From Candidatus Bathyarchaeum sp. (lineage in GTDB: Archaea > Thermoproteota > Bathyarchaeia > Bathyarchaeales > Bathyarchaeaceae), in assembly GCA_026014495.1 (NCBI GenBank), contig JAOZIF010000009.1, positions 1 through 15,621 on the forward strand: 15,621 nucleotides of DNA, written 5' to 3'. The notes below the pieces were generated by a model that had not been told where the DNA came from, did not search any database, and saw nothing but the letters and a program-made list of their open reading frames with translations. A program made the position numbers and the translations under genes. This document shows positions 1 to 7,042 of this stretch, piece after piece. Positions within the stretch are counted from its first letter, which is position 1; the number at the start of each line of letters is the position of its first letter.

Positions 1-2
1 AG

Positions 3-161
3 GTTTTTTTAACAATTCGTGACGACACAACAGTATGGATAACGACTTCAAACGAAAGCTGTTATGAAAGTTCTCGGCTAATGTCAAACAACTTTCATAT
101 CGTAGCGCTGGCCAGAAATTATTACAAAACAATACTCAAAGAAACTGTGGAAGACAGCTAG
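3..161 (+). CDS. Partial CDS (C-terminus only), resembles the C-terminal effector domain of TrmB-like archaeal regulators
   Basis: Frame open from base 3 to TAG at 159-161: VFLTIRDDTTVWITTSNESCYESSRLMSNNFHIVALARNYYKTILKETVEDS*. The ending SNN-x3-VALA-x-NYY-x-T recalls TrmB C-termini. Resemblance by eye only. Confidence 0.45.
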   Translation, partial: VFLTIRDDTTVWITTSNESCYESSRLMSNNFHIVALARNYYKTILKETVEDS

Positions 162-255
162 TTTCCAGTTAATAGTTAGGGCCCTTATTTGAGGGGTTTG
201 GGTCAAATTTTAACAAAAAAGGGGGGTCTGCGAGATTGTTGTCGGGTGATGCCGC

Positions 256-291
256 CGCTGGTCGCTGGTTCAAGTCCGGCCCTCGGCACCA
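256..291 (+). tRNA. tRNA 3'-half fragment (variable loop, T-arm, acceptor 3' strand, discriminator A, CCA); 5' half absent from the window
   Basis: TGGTC, then GCTGG-TTCAAGT-CCGGC T-arm (264-280), then CCTCGGC-A-CCA (281-291). No matching GCCGAGG/GCCGGGG 5' strand or D-arm at 1-255 or just downstream. The acceptor would fit a GCC-starting tRNA with A73 (e.g. Met or Phe); identity not determinable. Confidence 0.75.
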
Positions 292-465
292 CCACGTTAA
301 AATTGAGTGTTTTATTTTGTGAGTCATGACGATAACTTGTGGTCTAAAGTTTTAAATCAAAAGTTAAGCACTCAAAAGAAAGGGGGTTTGCTGAGGCTCC
401 TACACGGGCGATTAAAGAGGAAAAAATGAAAAGGGCGTTAACTTTTGATGGTTTTAAGCTATTTT

Positions 466-831
466 TTATTGTAAGATACTAATCAGCATATTGCAAACGG
501 CCTTTTTCGATTGTAAGATTTCTTTAATTCTGTTTTCGCCTTTTTCTGTAAGCGAATACAGCCTCTTCCGTTTACCATTTGTGGCCTCGAGTAGCTCCTT
601 GCGTTCCATAGAATACAGTAGAGTATAAATTGTGCCTGAACTGATTGAAACATTTAATTCATCATAAATTACTTCAATAACATCGTAGCCACTAAGTGGT
701 GTACGCTCCAGTAACTTCAGCAAAATAATGACATCCAATAGACTTCTAATTAGTCGTTCATGCATTTCTTTCAAAATCTTTGTTTCCAATTTAGTGTCAT
801 TCTGATCGGTTCTTGTTTCACATGTCTTCAA
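466..831 (-). CDS. PadR-family winged-helix transcriptional regulator
   Basis: LDVIILLKLLERTPLSGYDVI...SSGTIYTLLYSMERKELL...RKRLYSLTEKG is the PadR signature. TTG start preceded by GGAGGTGG (841-848, minus strand). Confidence 0.9.
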   Translation of the reverse strand: MKTCETRTDQNDTKLETKILKEMHERLIRSLLDVIILLKLLERTPLSGYDVIEVIYDELNVSISSGTIYTLLYSMERKELLEATNGKRKRLYSLTEKGENRIKEILQSKKAVCNMLISILQ

Positions 832-1606
832 GTTTATTTGCCACCTCCTGCAAGTCGTTAAAGAATGGATGATTGGGGTTACCCATCATCAGAAACGTAC
901 CATTTTTTGGTTCAAGCACGTCACAATAGCATGGAATTACACCTATTACTGGATGTTCAAGGACTTTTTCTATTTGACCAGCTAATTCGGCTCGTTTTAT
1001 TGAGGACCACATTCGGGTTTGAGGATAAGCTTTGTTGATTAAGACCCATGGCTTTTTTTCAAACTCATCATAAACCTCAGAAAGCATCTTTTTGACACCC
1101 TCAATATCTACGGGATTCAAAGTGACTACAACAACTGCCACATCGGAGCTAACGACAGCATTAATTGATGAATACTGGATACCAGGGCTGGTGTCTATGA
1201 TACAATAGTCTATGTGCTTTTTGTCAAAAAGTGTCTTGCGTATGGAAAAAAGTTTTTTTGCAGCACTTACTTCCCATGACCTACTTCGTCCAGTAACTTT
1301 CCGAATTGCTTCAAGAGTAGGATTTGCCAAACCTAAAAGCAAGCTTCCACGCGTATCAAAACATTCTGAAGCATCAATCAAACTTTGCTCAAGCGTACAT
1401 CGGTCAACCATAAAGTCATTCAACCAATGCACCGGAGTTTTTATCCTTTTTGAAAAAACGCTGAATAAACTTGGAGCACGAAAATCAAGGTCCAACAATG
1501 CAACATTCAAGCCATTGTTGGCGTAATTTAGCGCCAAATTTGTTGCAATAGTAGTTTTCCCAGTACCACCACGTGATGAGTGAATGGCTATTATTTTTCC
1601 TTTCAT
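818..1606 (-). CDS. MinD/ParA-family P-loop ATPase
   Basis: IIAIHSSRGGTGKTT deviant Walker A, DLDFRAPSL switch I, IIDTSPG Walker B, VLINK motif. ATGA overlap with the upstream wHTH gene. Confidence 0.9.
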   Translation of the reverse strand: MKGKIIAIHSSRGGTGKTTIATNLALNYANNGLNVALLDLDFRAPSLFSVFSKRIKTPVHWLNDFMVDRCTLEQSLIDASECFDTRGSLLLGLANPTLEAIRKVTGRSRSWEVSAAKKLFSIRKTLFDKKHIDYCIIDTSPGIQYSSINAVVSSDVAVVVVTLNPVDIEGVKKMLSEVYDEFEKKPWVLINKAYPQTRMWSSIKRAELAGQIEKVLEHPVIGVIPCYCDVLEPKNGTFLMMGNPNHPFFNDLQEVANKLEDM

Positions 1607-2040
1607 TCCGAAATCTCCGAAGCGTTAATGCAAAAATAGACTTTTCTTCCTTCACGCTTTTTGTTGACAAAGCCCAGTCTTACTAATTGATTTGCCGAAG
1701 CACTTTCTACAGCTCTCAGCCTCTTTGTTTCTTTTGACAAGTCGTCAGCTGTAGCTTCTTGAAGCTTGTATATTGCAATAACCGTTTTTCTTAACGAGTT
1801 TGGTATAGAAAGTAGAGTCATCATGTCAGGTTCGAGCTTAAGTGTTCTATAATCGGAATTTTGTTCAGGGTTTCCCTGCAGCAACTCTTTATGAATTTTT
1901 AACATTTTTGCATCAAACTCAATTATTAAATCAAGTTTCTGGTTCAATTTGTCAACTTCATCAATCAGTTTCACCAATAGCAATTTAATACTCAATTCGT
2001 CTATTGCATTGCTGTTTTCGGGTCCACCCTGCAGAGCCAA
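1603..2040 (-). CDS. Winged-helix DNA-binding protein with N-terminal coiled-coil
   Basis: C-terminal LRKTVIAIYKLQEATADDLSKETKRLRAVESASANQLVRLGFVNKKREGRKVYF is an HTH plus wing. N-terminal heptad-like LIDEVDKLNQKLDLI. Start codon uncertain (TTG). Confidence 0.8.
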   Translation of the reverse strand: MALQGGPENSNAIDELSIKLLLVKLIDEVDKLNQKLDLIIEFDAKMLKIHKELLQGNPEQNSDYRTLKLEPDMMTLLSIPNSLRKTVIAIYKLQEATADDLSKETKRLRAVESASANQLVRLGFVNKKREGRKVYFCINASEISE

Positions 2041-2047
2041 TCACCAA

Positions 2048-2073
2048 TGTATTATTGTAGCGACAATAATACA
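2048..2073. promoter_or_regulatory. Perfect 11-bp inverted repeat, candidate operator in the divergent promoter region
   Basis: TGTATTATTGT-AGCG-ACAATAATACA between the wHTH start (2040, minus) and the prenyl-synthase start (2147, plus). Confidence 0.6.
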
Positions 2074-2146
2074 GTTATGGCTTATAACACTTTTCTGTAT
2101 AGAACACAATAGTGTTAAAGAGTGTAACTTGAAATAGAACCACAAA

Positions 2147-3169
2147 GTGATGATGTTAATGTATATCGAGTCTGCTCTAAAAAAAACGTGCAATAAACTT
2201 CTTGAAGATAATGGAGGAAATGTAGCGAATAAAGCGAACTTGATATTGTTTGAAGATCCAGCTTTGAAACAACTAAAACAACCTTTAGAGTTTATTTCAA
2301 AAAATTGGCGGGATCCACTCACCCCTGCTTTAATGAAGCTTTCGTGTGAAGCTGTAGGAGGACAAGCCGAAAACACCTATGATGTAGCGGTGTCGCTTAG
2401 CTTGATGAATCTGAGTTTTTATGTCTGGGACGACATGGTAGATAAAACAACGTACAAATCATTCAAACCTACGCTTTTTGGAAAATTTGGTGAAGGACCA
2501 GCTTTGATAATTGGTGGACTTGCTTCAGCTAAAGCGTTTTCAATTCTAAATGAAATGAACACAGATATACAAAAACGTCAAATTATAACTCAGCTAATCT
2601 GGAATCTTTGGGCAAAGATGGCTACGGCTGAAAAAGTAAATGTTAGGTCGCGTAGACAGTGTTCTTCATCTGATAAACTTTGGGTGTTCACAACTGAGGC
2701 TGCCGACCTAGAAACATGTCTAAAACTTGGAGCAATCTTAGGTGAGGGTTCTGATGAAGAAGTCAAGCAACTAGGCCGATATGGACTAAACATTGGAATA
2801 ATTTTAGAATTATGGAAAGACTTTCTCGTGTCCATTAATTTGACGTTTGAACTTGCTGAAAAAATAAGAGCTAATAGATTGCCCTACTCTTTGCTGGTAG
2901 CAATGGAGCACTCTGAAAACCTTCGGAAGAACATCGAAAAATTAGCTAATATTGAGTCAATACAACCATCTGACATAAAACAAGTTGTAGAACAGGTCAT
3001 AGCAACGGAACAACTAAAAAACATCATTACACACATAGAAAAGTCTGCAAAAGAAGCAAAGAACAGCCTTTTAGGGTTAGATGCAAACGAAGCCACAGAA
3101 AAACTGGGTATGTTTGCTGAAGCACAACCCAGACTTTTTATCGAAAGCCTATCAGTATTGCAAACGTAG
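2147..3169 (+). CDS. Polyprenyl-synthetase (trans-isoprenyl diphosphate synthase) fold protein, atypical: first DDxxD intact, second degenerate
   Basis: PALMKLSCEAVGG, WDDMVD (FARM, 2429-2443), KPTLFGKFGEGPALIIG, LKLGAILGEG, LGRYGLNIGIILELWKDFL. Start could be 2147, 2150, 2153 or 2159. Confidence 0.85.
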   Translation: MMMLMYIESALKKTCNKLLEDNGGNVANKANLILFEDPALKQLKQPLEFISKNWRDPLTPALMKLSCEAVGGQAENTYDVAVSLSLMNLSFYVWDDMVDKTTYKSFKPTLFGKFGEGPALIIGGLASAKAFSILNEMNTDIQKRQIITQLIWNLWAKMATAEKVNVRSRRQCSSSDKLWVFTTEAADLETCLKLGAILGEGSDEEVKQLGRYGLNIGIILELWKDFLVSINLTFELAEKIRANRLPYSLLVAMEHSENLRKNIEKLANIESIQPSDIKQVVEQVIATEQLKNIITHIEKSAKEAKNSLLGLDANEATEKLGMFAEAQPRLFIESLSVLQT

Positions 3170-3172
3170 AGT

Positions 3173-3406
3173 TCATACTATTTGTGGCCATTTCGCGTTT
3201 GGACTGACGGATAGAATTATTGGTACAATAGAGCTCATGTAACTGTCTGGAATTTTTGCTGTTCTACACACGTTTATAAGCATTGTTTTATCCTGTTTCT
3301 CAACAGCTTCTTGAACTTTGGGGAATACATTGGGGGTCAACAATAATTGCAGATAAGACGAAATATCTCCAATTTTTTCTTTAAGTTTTTTCATCAAGAT
3401 CACCAT
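3173..3406 (-). CDS. Small hypothetical protein (73-77 aa), candidate precursor peptide
   Basis: Clean ORF filling the gap between two genes. GGTGA SD 5 nt before the ATG at 3394 suggests MKKLKEKIG... (73 aa). Ends LSVSPNAKWPQIV. Confidence 0.7.
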   Translation of the reverse strand: MVILMKKLKEKIGDISSYLQLLLTPNVFPKVQEAVEKQDKTMLINVCRTAKIPDSYMSSIVPIILSVSPNAKWPQIV

Positions 3407-3492
3407 TTAGAAAATATACTAGTTCTGCTCTTAAGATTTATTATCTAAACCAAGTATAAATCTAGTTCTTATCAAAGAAGTGATGCTGGAAA

Positions 3493-4713
3493 TTGAACGT
3501 AATACTGACTGGTTTTAAAATTGCTAAGACCGACTTTTTCGTTAATCTGATTCTCCAAGTATCTTTTCTTTCGTTATATTATGTCGCATCTGTTTCAATT
3601 CAACAACTTGTTGGTTCATCGGACGAAATCTTTCTACTGGTTTATGGAATTTACCACATAATCATCGCAATTACGTTACTGGCGTGTATGTTTTTCCTTA
3701 AAAAAATCAAAGTCCAGAATATCTATAGATGTGCCATAGCCATTTTAGCCGCACTAATCATTATTTTATTATTACCAAAAGGGCCTTTTGGGCTTGTTTT
3801 CATTTTCATAGAAGGCGTGTTTTTTGCCATAGGGCAATTAATCGCTTTCACATATTTTTGGAACATAACAACATCCGAAGAAAGGGGAAGAATAGCAGGT
3901 TTTATTGGCTTCTTTGCTATACCTCTTGCATATTTCGTGGGCATAGTCACGCAACTTCTTGATTCGTTTGGAATCGTAATTGTAGCTGCTTTTTTTGTTG
4001 CAGCAATATTAGCAACAAAAGTATTAAACCCAGAAAAGAGGTTCCGTTCTAGAAAAAATCACGAAATAGAAGATGGGGTAAGTCAAGAAAAAAGGACAGT
4101 AATTTTGTATGCTATTCCCTGGATAATATTTTCACTAATCAACGGCACAATTGATAGAAACCTTTCGCTTCACGTTATTCAGAGTGTCCCAGAATTTCTT
4201 TATTTTTTGCTTTTGCTTTTACAAACTATTGCAGCTGCTTTTGGAGCACTGAGTGGAGGAGTAATCGCCGATCTTTTTGGGAGAAAATTAGCTCTAAGTT
4301 TCAGTCTTACATTATACGGAATGAGTATAGCTCTCGGAGGCTTTGTTCAGAATATTGAGGTGTCTTATTTTGTTTTTGCATCAAGTGGCTTGAATTGGGG
4401 TATTCTATGGTCCTTGTACGGCTCTGTGGTTTGGGGTGATCTGTCAGATGAACAAAACTGTTTCAAAAGATATGCTGGTGGATTGATAATTTTCTATTTT
4501 CCCCTCGCTTTAGGGTTACTTCTTTCCAATCTAATATCTCTGATTCCCGTAGTTTGGAGTGCACTTGTAGGTTGTTCATTGATTTTTCTTTCAAACATTC
4601 CATTGTTTTTGGCACCAGAACTGTTATCTGATGATTTTCGGGACAAAATAAGATTGAAACTGCACATGAATTTTGTCAAGAAACTTGATAAAAAAATGCA
4701 CAATCAGGGGTAA
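3493..4713 (+). CDS. MFS-type transporter (about 12 TM)
   Basis: Two blocks of about six hydrophobic helices separated by a hydrophilic loop (NPEKRFRSRKNHEIEDG). GGVIADLFGRK is MFS motif A; EERGRIAG motif also present. Confidence 0.8.
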   Translation: MNVILTGFKIAKTDFFVNLILQVSFLSLYYVASVSIQQLVGSSDEIFLLVYGIYHIIIAITLLACMFFLKKIKVQNIYRCAIAILAALIIILLLPKGPFGLVFIFIEGVFFAIGQLIAFTYFWNITTSEERGRIAGFIGFFAIPLAYFVGIVTQLLDSFGIVIVAAFFVAAILATKVLNPEKRFRSRKNHEIEDGVSQEKRTVILYAIPWIIFSLINGTIDRNLSLHVIQSVPEFLYFLLLLLQTIAAAFGALSGGVIADLFGRKLALSFSLTLYGMSIALGGFVQNIEVSYFVFASSGLNWGILWSLYGSVVWGDLSDEQNCFKRYAGGLIIFYFPLALGLLLSNLISLIPVVWSALVGCSLIFLSNIPLFLAPELLSDDFRDKIRLKLHMNFVKKLDKKMHNQG

Positions 4714-5648
4714 ATATTATCTGGAAGCCTTGGAAAAACTAAAGTGTCTTTTATGTGCTCCAGATTACACAGCCACTGGATAAATCTTTCAAGACCTATC
4801 ATAAACCCCGATTGAGGAACAGAACCTAAACGCCTAAGATTCAGATACCATCTTTGGTCTGCAGTGTCTATGTTCTCTTCAGCCATCTTTTTAAGTAAAA
4901 CCTCTTTTTCTGTTATCATTTGCCCTCCTCCCGCTATTTCTCCGTAACCTTCTGGCGCAAGTAATTCTGCAGATAAAGTTAGTTCTGGCCTTTTTGTGTT
5001 GGATTTGTAGAAGAATGTTTCAGCACTGACTGGAAAATCTGTAACAAAAAACGGTTGATCAAATTGAAGACTAATCTTTTTTTCTAACTCCCTGCTTAGG
5101 GGTTTCCCCCAAAAAACATTAGTATTCTCTTTTTGTAGCATTTCGATTGCCTCGTCATATGTTACTTTTGGGAAAGGTGCTTCAATCTTTTTTAAATCCT
5201 TAGCATGACGATGTAAGTGTGTTAACTCTTCTATCGAATCCGAGGCTAAACTGTGACAAATATGCGTTAGTAACTCCTCCTGAATTCTAATCATTTCATT
5301 TAAATCGCATTGTGGAGTGACTGCTTCAATTCGCCAGTATTCCGTTAGGTGACGATTTGTTCTCACTTTTTCTGCTCTGAAGGCTGGAGCAATAGTATAG
5401 ATTTTTCCTAGATGGGCAACAAAAACATCTGCATAAGGTTGAAGTCCCTGAGCAAGAAAAGCTTTTTTTTCAAAATATTTGACCTCAAAGTAGCCAGACC
5501 ATTCTCCTGTTGCAGGTATTATTGTCGGGCCTTGGACTTCTGTAAAACCTTGATCGTTGAACCAGGACCTAGCTGAATTTAACACTTTAGCTCTGACTTT
5601 TAATACAGCTCTTTTTCTTTGATCTTGCAAATTATCGGTGTAAAACAT
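4704..5648 (-). CDS. Class II aminoacyl-tRNA synthetase paralogue: AsnRS-like catalytic domain without the anticodon-binding domain
   Basis: Motif 1 GFTEVQGPTI, motif 2 FRAEKVRTNRHLTEY, LLAPEGYGEIAGG, motif 3 GFMIGLERF, C-terminal FPRLPDNIYP. Only 314 aa; no OB-fold upstream. Confidence 0.88.
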   Translation of the reverse strand: MFYTDNLQDQRKRAVLKVRAKVLNSARSWFNDQGFTEVQGPTIIPATGEWSGYFEVKYFEKKAFLAQGLQPYADVFVAHLGKIYTIAPAFRAEKVRTNRHLTEYWRIEAVTPQCDLNEMIRIQEELLTHICHSLASDSIEELTHLHRHAKDLKKIEAPFPKVTYDEAIEMLQKENTNVFWGKPLSRELEKKISLQFDQPFFVTDFPVSAETFFYKSNTKRPELTLSAELLAPEGYGEIAGGGQMITEKEVLLKKMAEENIDTADQRWYLNLRRLGSVPQSGFMIGLERFIQWLCNLEHIKDTLVFPRLPDNIYP

Positions 5649-5785
5649 GAATTAGTTAAAAAGAATGTTTACCAAATTAAGTTTGCTGAAAAACTTTCCA
5701 AATAATTGAAAAATGAAGAAACGTGAATCACGCTAAAAATAAACAAAATTACTCTTGAAACGTAAACAAATGGACTTTTGATCTT

Positions 5786-5944
5786 TTAGTCATCATTTAC
5801 GCTCACAACAAGAACTTTTTCAACCCATGGAATTACCTGCGGGAATTTTAGAAGCTCTGTAAAAATTTCTGTAGCAAGCTCATCATTAGACAGTTCGATA
5901 CTTTCTTTCACAAGTGAAACCAAAATCTTTGCTTTTTTAGTCAT
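5786..5944 (-). CDS. Small hypothetical protein, 52 aa (not in the ORF track)
   Basis: Hand translation: MTKKAKILVSLVKESIELSNDELATEIFTELLKFPQVIPWVEKVLVVSVNDD*. GAGGT SD just upstream of the ATG at 5944. Confidence 0.7.
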   Translation of the reverse strand: MTKKAKILVSLVKESIELSNDELATEIFTELLKFPQVIPWVEKVLVVSVNDD

Positions 5945-6056
5945 CTAAACCTCATCCACAATGTCTAGATTTAAAAATCAATGATTCCAATTATTTAAAA
6001 GATTTACTGTGAATGTATTATCTGATTCTGAAAATATTTTTCTACAATTAATTTAT

Positions 6057-6122
6057 AAAAAAAGGGAGTTTGCGGGTGATGTCTCCACTGGGCGCTGGTT
6101 CAAGCCTGACGCGCGGTATCAC
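6057..6122 (+). repeat. Degenerate second copy of the tRNA-3'-half repeat at 215-292
   Basis: 6073-6122 aligns ungapped with 243-292 at 39/50 (offset 5830). The A6-G-run-T(C/T)TGC upstream is also shared (14/17), across a 12-nt deletion. Confidence 0.75.
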
Positions 6123-6154
6123 AATTTAAGATTAGAATAGACGCCACAATTGTT

Positions 6155-7042
6155 TTACTTTTTGTTATGAAACAGCAGGGGCACGCCAGCTAAGGGCAGG
6201 ACAAGTGCCCATAGGTCCATGTTGTGACCAAGGAACCATGCGTACCAGTAGCTCCATTTTGCATCTGTTCCAAAAAGCAGCCACATTACATATATAACAA
6301 GGAAATACAAACCAACCGCAGTTACAATCGCGCCAACCTTTCTCAAGTTAAGTTTCTCCAAAGACTGTGTTCCTATAGATTTTTTGGTAAAATATGCAGC
6401 ATACAATGCAAGCGCAAGTAAGCCAACTGTGGTTAAACCGAAACTTAGAATGTGATCAGGATATGCGGTGACGTATTCTATGCCTTTTTCGGTAACTGTT
6501 GATGCCCAGTTTCCAGTGTTGTTTAACCAAAACATGAAAATGTAAATTGTTCCTGCGATTAATCCCCATTTGATGGCGCCTTTTTCTGGCTTGTTTGGGT
6601 TTAGTTCAAAAAACAGTTTAACAAGCGCAACTGGAATGATAACTGATTCAACAAAAACGGGCAGCGCACTTTCGAGGATGGTACCTAAACCTAAACTTGA
6701 GGCTCCAGTGTTAAGTGCCATAAACCAGATTAGAACAGGAAAAAGAGCTAAGAAGTAAACTATCTCGCCTAAGATTACCCAACGTACAGACATTAACAAC
6801 TCAGGCTTTGAGAGGTCTTTTTTAGCGATAAAGAACAAAATCGTGAATACAGCTATTAGGGCAGCCATTGTTCTGAAGCCCAACCCAAACATGCCTGCAG
6901 TGTCGGTGAGTGCTATCCAAAAACTAGAGTGATAAATGTTGAATGCGCCCTTAATGAACTGATAACCGCTAAAGAAAAACCACACTAATGCAACACAAAG
7001 CAGACCAAATTTCAGGGGCAAATTATCTTTTGTTTCAATCAT
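6155..7042 (-). CDS. Polytopic membrane protein of unknown function (about 7-8 TM)
   Basis: 295 aa with repeated hydrophobic helices; no recognised motif. Confidence 0.75.
   Translation of the reverse strand: MIETKDNLPLKFGLLCVALVWFFFSGYQFIKGAFNIYHSSFWIALTDTAGMFGLGFRTMAALIAVFTILFFIAKKDLSKPELLMSVRWVILGEIVYFLALFPVLIWFMALNTGASSLGLGTILESALPVFVESVIIPVALVKLFFELNPNKPEKGAIKWGLIAGTIYIFMFWLNNTGNWASTVTEKGIEYVTAYPDHILSFGLTTVGLLALALYAAYFTKKSIGTQSLEKLNLRKVGAIVTAVGLYFLVIYVMWLLFGTDAKWSYWYAWFLGHNMDLWALVLPLAGVPLLFHNKK

Noticed and set aside
221-291. Complete or permuted tRNA gene
   Set aside because: No 5' acceptor strand or D-arm upstream or downstream within the window. A bulge-helix-bulge intron reading (TGAT against C32-U-C-A) fits imperfectly.
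4704-5648. Calling this gene asnS or asnA
   Set aside because: It has no anticodon domain and the Asn-recognition residues are changed, so no gene symbol is justified.
5649-6060. Frameshifted N-terminal anticodon domain of AsnRS
   Set aside because: The region holds an independent 52-aa ORF and AT-rich intergenic DNA, with no OB-fold-like sequence.
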